A DNA stretch of 61,722 nt, filler included, from Chiloscyllium plagiosum (Eukaryota): assembly GCF_004010195.1 (NCBI RefSeq). It is 5 parts of one record of this genome, joined end to end, with 100 filler letters (N's around TTAATTAATTAA, not from the genome) between each part and the next. Parts side by side here need not be neighbours in the genome. Positions count along the whole stretch, not along the records: positions 6,662 to 27,687 come from NC_057717.1; 4 more parts are not named here. One strand, given 5' to 3'. The position numbers were made by a program, and so were the translations under genes. Positions 12,136 through 24,334 of the stretch are shown here, in pieces (positions within the stretch are counted from its first letter, which is position 1; each line of letters begins with the position of its first letter). The notes beneath the pieces were generated by a model. It made no database searches, was not told the origin of the DNA, and was given only the letters and a program-made list of their open reading frames with translations.

Positions 12136-13199
12136 GAAATATTTAAAACAGGATGGAGAGGACGAACGGGAAAATAACTAGCTTTACATCAGCTGGAGAA
12201 ACACATTGTAACATTTTATAAGTAACGTGACAACTAGAGGCTTCGAGAATAATGATATGATATGGTAGAGTTAGTCTTAATTGAGGAAAAGGAAATTATC
12301 TCTGAATTGGTGGAGATTGTCCGTTGTGACATCGACAACTGAGAATCAATGGGAGTAGAATATTTGAATTTTCTCAAAAAAATAGACACGGTTGAATACT
12401 GGTGAGTGGGGAATGTTTGAGTCCATTGGTAGATCGGGGTGGAATACACCAAATGGATCAAAAATTGGATAATGGGTAAAATAAAGAGAGTAGTGTTTTT
12501 CTCTGGGTGGAAGTCTTGTGTGGTATAAGAAGGATCAGTGCTTGGGAAATAGCTGTTCCCTTTTCGTATAAAATGATTCAGATGAGTACAACAAATATTA
12601 TGATTCTCATTTCTATTTACTAAGTGGTGACAGGTTGGGGAGTTCTGTTGTTGGAAAGGACCTGAATGTCCTTGGTTATAAATCAGTAACAGAATTCATT
12701 CTGGGTCGGAAGTAAATGATATGTGGCTCTTCGTACAAAATGATTGAAGTACCAGAATTAGTATATCTTTCCTAATGGTGTGTTTTGTTGAGAGAGTATT
12801 TTATTGCATTGTGTACACATTTGGTCAGCTTTATCAATAATGATCTCTTTGTCACCAAGACAATGCAAAGGAGTCTCAACGGATTAAACCCTGGAATGAT
12901 GGCACCATGCGGAGAGAGGGCATAACTCTGTGTTTAATATGTAGCCCAGTGAGAGAATAAGAAGTTAAAACTTGATGGCTATAGACGAATACTCATTACA
13001 TCCCAAACAGCTGAATAGGGTGAAAATTCCGTTTTTTTAACTGGATGATTGACTCCCGATAATTTACATGCCTGTGCAGAACCCTCGTGTCCATTGACAG
13101 AGAGGTACAGGCTCTGAATGAACCCTGACATTTTAATGCACAGTTACTGTGTGATACTAAATTGAATGTCACTTTGGACATAATCCTGTCAGCAGTCAC

Positions 13200-14140
13200 A
13201 ATACTATCAATCTGAAAGAGTTAACAATTCTGCACCACCTTCTCACCTCCATGGAGACCATGGGTGTATTATCTTGGAGATGCAAGACACCTTGGTGAAT
13301 GGCTATAAAAAGTTGGCTTCATTCCTACTGCCAGAAAACCATGTTAAGTTACATATATGTAATATGAGTAATTAAGCCACGAGGAACAAGATGGTGCGGT
13401 CTATCTGTTTAGTCCCTGCTCCATTTGTTGGTGAAGTTGGAGCATTTCTGACATCTTCCTGTTCCTGGGTTAATGTCTTGAGAAGCTTTCTGTCCCTCAG
13501 TAAGTAACTCCAGGTGCAAAACACTCTTTTTCTGATCCCATGTAAGTGAGGGAGTGAGCAGATTCCTTCTCTTACTGTGTATTTTGCAGGACGGACTGAA
13601 TGAGCTATCACATATCTTGTCCAATAGTTTGATGGGTTGAATGACTTCCACATATTCTTGTGAACACAGATTGAGGTGCCGAATGAGCTGCACCTTTTAC
13701 TGTGGTAATGACCAGTGTCTAACAGTGCTGTTACATGAATGTTACCCAGACTTTAACAGCACGATCTTGAATGGTGTCCAGTTCTTGTTGCACATGGACA
13801 CAGACTGCTTCAAGAGCTGAGAAGAGTCACCTTGTTCTGAAAACTATGTAAACGTCAGTAATATCCCCAACTCTGCTCAGTTTAGACTCATTGGGCAGAA
13901 TGGACTCCTTCTACGCTGGAAGGATTCTGTGATGACAAATTGGGGATGCCTGGGCTGAGGGAGATACCCTGAGAATCTCTTACAGTGATGGCCCACAGCT
14001 GAGATGATTGATGTCCACTGATGATAAACATCTTCCCTTGTGATGTGAATGATTCCAATCAGTATAGAAACCGTAATCAATTCTCATTAAGTGTGATTTT
14101 CCTCAGAGTCCTTGATATCAACCTCAGTCTTATACTGCCT
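13200..14140 (-). mobile_element. Old degenerate non-LTR retrotransposon RT fragment
   Basis: Minus strand retains decayed QG-S.L.P RT-like motif near 13950-13990. No intact ORF. Confidence 0.5.
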
Positions 14141-14289
14141 TGAGTTCAGAGCCAGTCTCTCTGTCTAATCACTCGCGTTTCCTCTTTTTTTCATATCAAT
14201 AGGTCATGGTGTAGAAGGAGAGAATGTTTTCTTCATACAGAGGATAGTGAATGGCAGGAATTCTCTTGCACAGAGAGTTAGCAGAGCTA

Positions 14290-15106
14290 AATCACTGAAA
14301 GCGACCAGTGGTGTCCCGCAGGGGTCAGTTCTGGGACCTCTTCTCTTTGTGATTTTTATAACTGACTTGGTTGAGGAAGTGGAAGGGTGAGTTAGTAAGT
14401 TTGCTGATGACACGAATGTTTGTAAAGTGGTACATGGATGTTTGCAGGTTGCATTAGGACATTGAGATAATGCAGAGCTGGGCTAAGAAGTGGCTGATGG
14501 AATTCAAGCTGGAAAAGTGTGAAGTAATTCCCTTTGAAAGCTCAAATTTGCAGAATATAGGGTAATAGGCAGGGTTCCTGGCAGTGTGGAACAACAGAGG
14601 GATTTTGGCGTCCATGTACATAGATACCTCAAAGTTGCAACCTAAATTGTTAGGGTTGTGAAGGAGGCGAATGGTGTGTTAGCTTTTATTAGAAGGGAGA
14701 TTGACTTTAAGAGCCGTGTGGTTATGCTGCAGCTCTGTAGAGCCTTGGTTGGAGCGCACCTGGTGTATTTTGTTCATTTCTGGTCACCTCATTTTTGGAA
14801 GCATGAGGAAGATTTAGAAAGGGTGCAGAGTAGATTTACTAGAATGCTGCCTGGACTGGAGGGCAGGTCTTATGAAGAAAGGTTCAGGGAGCTAGGGCGT
14901 TTTTCATTTGCATTAAGAATAATGAGAGGTGAATTGATAGAGGTGTAAAAGGTGATGAGAGGCAAAGAGAGAGTGAATAGCCAGAGACTTCTCACCAGGG
15001 CATAAATATCTATCACCATTGGCCATAATTTTAAGATGATTAAAGGAAGGTTTAGGGGAGATGTCAGCAGTATGTTTTTCATACAGAGAGTGGTGGGTGT
15101 AGAGTC
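14290..15106 (+). mobile_element. CR1 LINE RT/C-terminal fragment
   Basis: SGVPQGSVLGP and FADDT motifs. ORF 14658-14948 (VHFWSPH..LERVQSRFTRMLPGL). Confidence 0.9.
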
Positions 15107-15599
15107 TTTCGAAATGGATGGAAGCCCTATTCCTCAGATTCCCCTCCAACAAACTCCTCTACACTGACGTTAGGCTCACTGAGTCTATAATTTCATGTGC
15201 TTTTGGATTGCGGTTCCCTTTTCTCGTCCCACTCCTCCACAACAATATATAACTAGCATGGTGATGTAGCCAAGGATATAGTTCTCAGAGTGTGTCAGGG
15301 TCAGTGTTAGGTCAAGTCAGATGGATTTCTTTAATCTGCTAAAACAACACGTTTATGACAAAACAAAATTCATCAAACTATGATGGAAACAAGAATGACA
15401 AGAGGATTTGCAAATATGTACATTGATATTTCCCTTGAAAAATACTGTGGAACACACACACACACACACACANNNNNNNNNNNNNNNNNNNNNNNNNGTT
15501 AACTTGAAAGAACTTTGTCCAAATATTATTCGAACTCATGGCTAATGGGAAAACGAGAGTTTGACCCAAATTCTGTTCTATTTATACAGTAATCAAGTC

Positions 15600-18500
15600 C
15601 TAGAGCATGGAGAGAGGCCCTTTGGCCCAGACGGGACCACGCTGACCCAAATGTCCATCCACACTAACCCCATTTCCCAGCACGTGGCCCATAGACTTCT
15701 CTTCCTTTCCTGCCCATGTACTTGTCCAAATGACGTTTAAATATTCTTATTATAAATACTTCAACCACTTCCGCTTCTAGCTTATTCCCTCTGCATACAG
15801 GAAAACAGTTTCCATCAGTTTCCCTTTATTCTTTTCCCTCTCACCTTAAACTGACGTCCTCTCGTCCTCAATTCCAGAACTATGGGAAATTAGGCTGAGT
15901 CCATACATCCTATCCATGCCTGTCATAATCTAGTGCACTTCTATTGGGTTCCTCTCAGTCTCCTACGCTGGAAAGAAAAAGGTTCTCGCTTGTCCTACCT
16001 CTCCCTATATGTCACACTGTTGAGTCCTGGCAACATCTTTGTAAGTTCCGTCTGCACACATTCCAATATAAAAATATCCTTCTGATCGCAATGTGACCAA
16101 AACTGAACACAACACCACAACTGCAGCGTCACCAACATCCTGTATAACTGCAACATTTAATCCCAATTTTCCCCTCCATGTGCTGACTGATAAATGCCAG
16201 TGTGCCAAAAGCCTTCTTCACTGCCATATCCACTTGTGACTCCAATTTCAGAAAACGGTGTACCTGAACGTCATGGTCCCTCTGCTCAGCTGCACTCCTT
16301 AAGGCCCTACCATTCACTGTGAAACTCCTACCTTGATCTAACTTTGCAAAAATATTCCTCGACCCACTTCTCCATTTGATTAAGGTCGTGTTGCAATTTC
16401 TGATATACTTTCTCACTTTTCATGATATCACCTATTTTAGTGTCATCTTCAAATTTACTAATCATGCCTTATACATTCTCAAGAATATCATTGACATAGC
16501 TAATAAACAGCAATGGACCCAGCACTGACCCCAGAGCAACGTCATGTGTCTCAGGTCTCTAGTCCAAGAGCATCCTTCCACTATTACCCTCTGCTTACTA
16601 CCGTCAAGCCAATTGTGTATCCAATTTGCCAGCTCCCTCTGGATTCCATGCGATTCTAACCTTGCCNNNNNNNNNNNNNNNNNNNNNNNNNNNNNNNNNN
16701 NNNNNNNNNNNNNNNNNNNNNNNNNNNNNNNNNNNNNNNNNNNNNNNNNNNNNNNNNNNNNNNNNNNNNNNNNNNNNNNNNNNNNNNNNNNNNNNNNNNN
16801 NNNNNNNNNNNNNNNTGGCATGGTGGCTCACTGCTGCCTCGTAGTCCCATGGATCTGGGCTTGATTCCAGCTTCGGGAGACTCTCTGTGTGGAGTTTGTA
16901 CATTCTCCCTGTGTTTGTGTGGGTTTCCTCCCGGTGCTCCATTTTCCTCCCATAATCCAAAGATATACAGGTTAAGTGAATTGGCTATGCTAAGTTACCC
17001 ATAGTTCTGTGCATTCGTCAGGGGTAAATATAGGGTAGGGGAATGGGAATGGGTGGGTTACTGTTTAGATGGCTGGTTGGGCCAAATGGCCTGTTTCCAT
17101 ACTGTAGAGAATCTGAAAAAAATGGCAATTTCAAATCAAACGCTGTCTTTCCAAATGCATGTATATCTTAGCCTCAGAGTCTTCTCAAGTAACCTCCATA
17201 CTACAGATGTTAGTCTTCCTGGCCTATAGTTCCCGGATTTTTCTTTGCTTCCCTTCCTGAATAATGGCACATTTGCTACCCTCCAATCATCTTGAACCTA
17301 ACCTGTGCCTAACGATAATGCAAAAGCATCAACCAGGTCCCCGCGATTTCTTCTGTAGCCTCTTGCAGTGTTCTTGGATACATCTGCTTAGGATCAGGAG
17401 ATTTATCCACCTTCATACATTCTAATGCATCCAACACGTCCTCTCCTCTGATATGGACTCACCCCAAGATAACACCAAAACCTTTGTTAAGCTCGCAAGT
17501 CTTCATGTATTTCTCCACCGTAACGACAGAGGAGAAATATTCATTGAGAATTTCGCAAATCTCCTACGGTTCCAGACATGCATGTCCACTTTGGACTTGA
17601 GGGGTCATATTTTCATTTACTTATTCCTTTTACTTTAATATACTTAAATAACGTCTTTGGATTCACCCTAATCTTCTCAGGCAAGGCTAAACTGTGCCCC
17701 CTTTTCGCACTTTTGATGTTCATCTTCAGTAAACTCCTATATCCCCTGCACACCGCCACGGATTCCCTTGATCCCAGCTGCATGGATCTGAGCCACGCTT
17801 CCTTTTTGCTGGTCAAAGCCACAATATCTCTTGACATCCAGGGTTCCCTATTCCTCCCAACCTTGTCTTTTACCCTCACATGAACATATAGACCTTGAAC
17901 TGTAGACTTTTCACTTTTAAAGGCCTGCCACTTGCCAGAAGTCCTTTCACATGCAAACAAACTCCTCCAACCAACCCCTACAAGCTCCTGTCTAATTCCA
18001 TCAAATTTCGCCTTGCCCCAATTTAGAACTTGAACACGTGGACCAGTTTTGTCCTTCTTCATAACTATTTTAAAATTAATACAACTATGGTCACTGGTCC
18101 CAGAGTGCTTCCCCACTGTCACCTCAGTCACCTGTCCTGCCCTAGTTCTTAGAGTAGGTCATGTTTCGTCCTTCCCGAGTTGCAACCTTTACATTCTGCT
18201 TGAGGAAACTTTTCTGAACGCACATAATAGATACAGCCCACCTCCGTCCTTAATTCTATGTCATTCCCAGTCTATGTTAGGAAAATTAAAATCTCCTACT
18301 GTGGCAATCCTATTGACACTACAAGTGTCCCCAGTATCTTTACTTATTTTTATTCCTCTAATTCCCTGTTTACTATTTGGGGGCCTCTAGAACAACCCAA
18401 ATACTATCACCATTCCCTTCTTATTTATAACTCCACCAACAAATCCTCACAGGATGGTCCGTCAATTATTTTATCTCTGATTACTGCTGTGACACTCGCC

Positions 18501-19330
18501 TTAATCAAAAATGAAACTCCCAGTCCCGTCCTTCCACCATCTCTGTCCCACATAAAGCACCTGTACCCTGGTACATTAAGCTGCCAGTCCTGTCCCTCCC
18601 TTAGCCATGTTTTAGTAATGGCTATAATATCCCAGTCACACATATCTATTCACATCCTGAGTTCATCGACCTCACCTACAGCCATCTTGCATTGAAACAG
18701 TTGCAATTCAATCCAACAGACAATCCTTGCTCCCTGTCGTGTTCCATCCTAACCTGTCTCTTCACTTTACTGTTTCTGATTACTGTATCTCTTTCCAGCC
18801 TCACACTTGCCTCGCTGCTGTTGAGGATCCCACCCCTCCCCAACCCCACTCAAACTCGTTTAAACCCTTCCTTGCAGCACTAGCAAGCCTGCCTGCCAGG
18901 ATATTGGTCCTCTTCCAGATCAGGTGCAACCCGTCCTTCCCGAACAGATCACCTCTGCCCCACAAAAGATCCTAGTGATCCAAAAATCTAAATCTCTGAC
19001 CCCTGCACCAATTCTTTAGCCACCAATTCATCTGCCATATCCTCCTGTTCTTACCCTCACTCGCACGGAGCACTGGAAGTAAACCAGATACTACCACTGT
19101 CGCGGTCCTGTCTTTTACCCTTTTTCTTAGCTCTCTAAAATCACTCTGGACTTCATCACTATTTTTCCCTGTGTCAATTGTACCAATGTGCACAATGACT
19201 TCTGGCTTCTCCCCCACCCCGCTGAGAACGTTCTACAGCCGCTCTGCGACATCCTGGTCCCTGGCACGTGGGAGGCTAAACACCATCCCGGATTCCCATT
19301 TGCAGCCACACCATCTCTTGTCTATCACCC
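15600..19330 (-). mobile_element. Near full-length degenerate CR1 LINE (ORF1 SGNH esterase + endonuclease + RT)
   Basis: ORF 18972-19217 (PEVIVHIGT..VVVSGLLPV..NWWLKNWC) is ORF1 esterase-like. 18425-18643 (DIIAITKTWL) and 17613-18131 (SDH..) are endonuclease. RT pieces at 16005-16660. Confidence 0.92.
16816..17115 (+). mobile_element. HE1-like SINE inserted in CR1
   Basis: tggcatggtggctca...gattccagc tRNA-like head, tgtgtggagtttgtacattctcc core and ggcctgtttccatactgta tail. Confidence 0.9.
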
Positions 19331-20384
19331 TCACTATTGAGTCTGAATAATTACTTCTGAATTTATTCTGCTCGCACAACCTTCTGACAATGGGATTTCT
19401 TCCTGAACCAGTTGGATTTGGCTGAATTGCTTTGCTTCAGGCAGTGGGGAGTGTCCAATGAATCCTCATCAGGAATCCTTCATTACTGGGAAAGACGACT
19501 GTTTTTTTTTTCACTCACACACGTTGCTGTGATGAGCGACAGGGAGACAGAAAGGGAGCAATAGACTGTCCCTTCACAGATAGGCTACATTTTTTCCATT
19601 TCTAAGTTAAATCAATAACGTTATCAGACCCCAAACTGTATCATGTGAGCTCTCCTTGAACATTGTCCGAACTATATGACACATCACATTCTCGACTCCA
19701 GATCAGTGCATTATTGCTGTTGTCGTACACAGAATCAATTCATTAACAATAAATGGCCCGACTTGTTTTGAAGATCTATTAGTGTGTGCCTGCATAATAT
19801 AAAAATAAGCGTTTCAGGTCTTCACAATATCTGTGTTATGATGAATATGTTGTATTCTAAAACAAATACAGAAATTACTGGAAAAGCTCAGCTTGTCTTG
19901 CAGCATCTAATCAGAGTTCATTTTTTCAGTCCAATGACCTTTCCTTTCCAAACTGATTTATTCTGAAATTATTTCCCCAGTTTTATTCTCCCACACAAGA
20001 ATAAATATCCATCCGGTATTCACCAACTACACTCTTCTCAGGATCTTATATGGTCAATAAAACAACCCGCATTCTTAGGCTGAACTGTTAATTCTTCATA
20101 ACGGAATGCCTTCATCCCAAGAATGAGTAAAGAGAGAAAAAACTTTAAAACGTTTCGAACAGCAATTTTGTTTGTTTTTAGTTTAGGCAATTATAGCTAC
20201 ACATAATACTTCAGATATGATCTCAGCAATGCCCTGTACTGATGCAGAGAAACATGGCTAAGATCATTCCCGACACACCTTGCATGAAACAGAATCATTC
20301 CACTTATCTTCCAAATTATTTGCTGCATCTTCAGAGTAATTTTATCTGGTGAAGGTTTGTTCACAACTGTCTTTTGTCTGTCTG

Positions 20385-21140
20385 CCATTGCCTAGTGCCA
20401 GTCTGTGTCCCATTGCAGATGCTCTCCACTTCCCGGGCTGCATCCTATTGCAGACTCTCTGCCCTCCCTCTGTCAGTTTCCCGTTACAGACGTTATGCCC
20501 TCCCCTCTGTGTATCCCAAATCAAATGCTCTCCTCACCCCCGTCTGTTTCCCATTGCAGACTCTCTGCCCTCCCTCTGTCTGCATCCAATTGCAGCCGCC
20601 CTACCCTCCCCCTGTCTGCATCCCATTTCAGACGGTATGACCTCGCCCTGTCTGTGTACCACTTCAGACGCCCTCCCCTCCCCTGCCTGTATCTCATTGC
20701 AGATGCTCTGCACTCCCCTGTCTATATCCCATTGCAGATGCTCTGCCCTTCCCCTGACGCTATCCTATTGCAGATGCTCTGCTCTTCCCCTGTCTCTATC
20801 CCATTGCAGATGCTCTGCACTCCCCGGGCTGTATCCTATTGCAGACTCTCTGCCCTGCCTCTCTCAGTATCCCGTTGCAGACGTTATGACCTCCCCTCTG
20901 TGTATCCCAAATCAAACGCTCTCCTCACCCCGTCTGTATCCTATTGACGACTCTCTGCCCTCCCTCTGTCTGTATACCATTGCAGACGCTATGCCCTCGC
21001 CCTGTCTGTATTCCACTTCAGACGCCCTCCCCTCCCCTGTCTGTATCTCATTGCCCGATGCTCTGCACTCCCTTGTCTCTATCCCATTGCAGACGCTCTG
21101 CCCTTCCCCTGCCTATTTGCCATTGCAGACACTCTGTCTC
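20385..21140. repeat. 36-bp C-rich minisatellite (cccctgtctctatcccattgcagatgctctgccctt)
   Basis: About 20 degenerate units. The mirror copy gives a 12-aa periodic translation (GEGQSICNGIET). Confidence 0.9.
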
Positions 21141-21835
21141 CATTTGACATCTTATTGAATCACTATCCTGATGCATGAGCAAACTGAGCTCCATCCCTTT
21201 CATCCAATTTATTGGTATGGATTGTAATTTGTTGATGACATCACACAGATCCCTGAAGAATTCCACTAGTTACAGATTTCCAAACACAAAATGGTTAATG
21301 ATTTCTACTCTGTATTTCCAGACGCCACCTCAGGTGCTCCTTGACCACTTACCCTATCCATGCCCTTCATCATTTTATAAACTTCTAGAAAGTGCAAATG
21401 TGACTCCAATCAACACGAATGCTGTGCTTCTTCAGACGCCCTCCCCTCCCCTGTCTGTATCTCATTGCCCGATGCTCTGCACTCCCTTGTCTCTATCCCA
21501 TTGCAGACGCTCTGCCCTTCCCCTGCCTATTTGCCATTGCAGACGCTCTGTCTCCATTTGACATCTTATTGAATCACTATCCTGATGCATGAGCAAACTG
21601 AGCTCCATCCCTTTCATCCAATTCATTGGTATGGATTGTAATTTGTTGATGACATCACACAGATCCCTGAAAGATTCCACTAGTTACAGATTTCCAAACA
21701 CAAAATGAGTAAGGATTTCTACTCTGTATTTCCAGACGCTACCTCAGGTGCTCCTTGACCACTTACCCTATCCATGCCCTTCATCATTTTATAAACTTCT
21801 AGAAAGTGCAATTGTGACTCCAATCAACACGAATG
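21016..21835. repeat. Near-perfect tandem duplication (period 414 bp)
   Basis: 21016-21421 repeats at 21430-21835; duplicate ORFs 21048-21266 and 21462-21680. Confidence 0.92.
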
Positions 21836-22834
21836 GCTGGGCGTTCACGGGAGTGCGTCTCAATTCTCAAATTCAGTAGTCGTACTTCTTCCTTCTTCAT
21901 CAAGGCACGATTCCAAAAAGAGTTTAATCAACTTGTTCAGACATATTATGAAACAGCTCGGCGGGCTTTGAAACTGGAATTTTCGGCCCCGTGATAGGGA
22001 GACTACCATCATTCAGCATTAGCCGCTGAAGCTGCAATATGATTCTCCTGTGTGTTTGTTCATCAGCCTGTTGTAACATGCTGTGACACACCTCCACAGG
22101 ACATGAATATGCACCATCTTCTACAGAGATAGGGGCACTACCAGACAGTCATGGACTGGAATCGTATCCAGATTTCAGCCTCAGAAACGTGGTCACCATC
22201 CATTAATCAATGCTGTATGGATTTATTAAATTCTGTTTAACATTACCAAATTATACAGGGGGCATTACTCATTGAAAAAAGTACAAGTTATTGGCCTTAA
22301 CTATAGGATTTTGGATGTGCTGGAAGAGCACAGCAGTTCAGGCAGCATCCAAGGCGCAGCGAAATCGATGTTTCGGGCAAAGGCCCTTCAGAATGTTGAG
22401 TGCATTTGCTGTGCCATTGTGAATAAACTGTGAAGATCTTTAATTGTTTGGCTCTCATTTCTGGGTGAAATGGCTATTATCAGTAGTCTGCTATTTTTGT
22501 GGATGCAATCCTGCAAACACACGCTGCACTATGAAGGATCTCGAGTAGATATCAATACTGAACACCAGAGATAAGGAAGGAGCACAAGTCTGGTCCCAAA
22601 ACACCGGTCACTATTTCAAATCTCTAACATGTGGCTTCCCTCATCCTAAAATCATTCATTGATACAAGGCAGCTGTTTCCTTTCCAGCTTTTGCTTACCG
22701 ACTCCTCCCTCTGCCTGCGCAAGGCACACCAAGCTCCGCTTCTTTGGGAATTTCAAGGCTGGTGTCTGTCGGCCTTCTGGAGAGGGGGTTGCCGTTTTAA
22801 TCCGAAGGGGGAGTGTGAGGGGTAGTAATATCAT

Positions 22835-23122
22835 TCACTGGGCTGTGGTGTGGCAGATGGTGTTTAAGTTAGATACATGTGAGGCTTTGCATTTTGGTAA
22901 ATGAAACAAGGGCAGGGCTTACGCAATTAATGCTGGGCTTTGGTAGTTATATAGAAAAGAGGGACCCATGGCGCAGGGTGTTTAAGGTTACTGCATTGCT
23001 CAGACCTTTGAGGTTAGAAGTTGGGAAGTCATGCTGAGATTGTGCAGAACATTCATAAAGCCTCTTCTGAAGTACCGTGTGCAGTTCTGTTATAGGAAGG
23101 AGATTATTAAGAGGGTTCAGAA
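22835..23122 (+). mobile_element. Internally deleted CR1 RT fragment
   Basis: WAVVWQMVFKLDTCEALHFG and VQF..KRVQKRFTRML motifs. Confidence 0.8.
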
Positions 23123-23520
23123 GAGATTTACCAGGATGTTACCAGTATCACCTCATCTTCTGCCTCGGAAGCCAGCAAACACACGGCATGAACATTGGAT
23201 TCACTGATGTACAAATCCCCCCTGGCCAACCCAGATCAAAGATCCAACCCCCGGACTCACATCTGCCCTCTCGAGGAGACCTAAAGTCCATCTTCCTTCC
23301 CACCCTCTGCTCCCCACTCCCCACAGACCTATCACTATCACCTCCTACCTTCGCTCACCTATCACTTATCTCTTCCCCCGCCTCACCCCATCACCCAGTT
23401 TCACTAAGCCCCCTTTTCCCTCCCCAGTTCTGATGTAAGGTCCTGACTGAAACGTCGACTCTCTTGCTAAAAAGATGTTACCTGGATTACTGTGCCTTTT
23501 CCACTGCCATGCTTTGCCTA
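23123..23520 (+). mobile_element. Penelope-like 3' fragment (GIY-YIG tail + terminal repeat)
   Basis: HLIFCLGSQQTHGMNIGF matches the Penelope EN C-terminus. Degenerate ctgatg..gaaacgtc at 23430-23457. Confidence 0.75.
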
Positions 23521-23904
23521 CACTGAATTATGTGACAGGGAATCGTACCCATTGCCTCTTAGGTACGATTCCCTGTAACTTAACCACGTCGTTGTCTGTT
23601 ATAACTGCACGTAGTCTTAGGAATATTTTCTTCTCAGATCATGAAAGATAAAAGTTCTCTCAATGTCTTACTGATATTGCAGTGCCTGATCAGTGGATAT
23701 AGAACGTATGTTTCAAGTTAGAAACGGAGAAGCATGCTTATATTCTGATAAACCTTTGGCATTGCTCCCATATCCAAGGCAGATTGAATGCTTACACATG
23801 ATTGTTTTACGATCCCCAACATTTGTTCCCTCAGTCACCCCGACATATCCCATCCAGACTGTAAATTTTAATCATAATTTTGAATTTTAATAAAAAGTGT
23901 TGAA

Positions 23905-24030
23905 TTGAAATGGGTTAACTGGAGTTATTTGTTTAGCCATTGTGATTGATGTCAGTCTCCGTGCATCCTAAATGTGTCACTGGAGGGCTTTCGTCTTCTA
24001 TTAATTAGGGACTAGGTTCAATGTGTTATC
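23905..24030 (+). promoter_or_regulatory. Putative core promoter of copy B (TATA-like 23999-24007)
   Basis: Homologous to 10000-10120 and to 32880-33005 (rev). Confidence 0.45.
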
Positions 24031-24140
24031 CCACAGTATCAGCGGTAGCATCACCGACAGCACTAACAGGCATCAGCAGACCCAGACAGAGGGGGAGGAG
24101 AGCTCACAATCTGAGAACATTAGACTGGAATGTTCCAACA

Positions 24141-24282
24141 ATGGACAGGTGTTTATCCGGGGGTCTTTGCTGGCTTTGTCAACCTTGGATCGCATTAGCA
24201 TTTCGGATCTATGATGTATTGCTGGTTATTCAAGCTGATTACTATTCCATCCTCGGTACAAAGCGAATAGTTGGTATTCCTG
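24141..24282 (+). pseudogene. GPR139-like: GPR139-like first exon, copy B; probable pseudoexon
   Basis: MDRCLSGGLCWLCQPW...IQADYYSILGTKRIVGIP. Donor is CCTG|ATAAGT (GT>AT at 24283), and a 9-nt insertion puts TKR into TM1. Confidence 0.75.
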
Positions 24283-24334
24283 ATAAGTCATTCTATCTGG
24301 TCATTGAGCCAGTTTGGACTGAATTGCTGCTCAT

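Noticed and set aside
20349..21158. 269-aa Cys/Pro-rich ORF (and overlapping ORFs, mirror ORFs at 35268-36049)
   Set aside because: Translation of the 36-bp minisatellite; open in several frames on both strands and frames are not conserved between arms.
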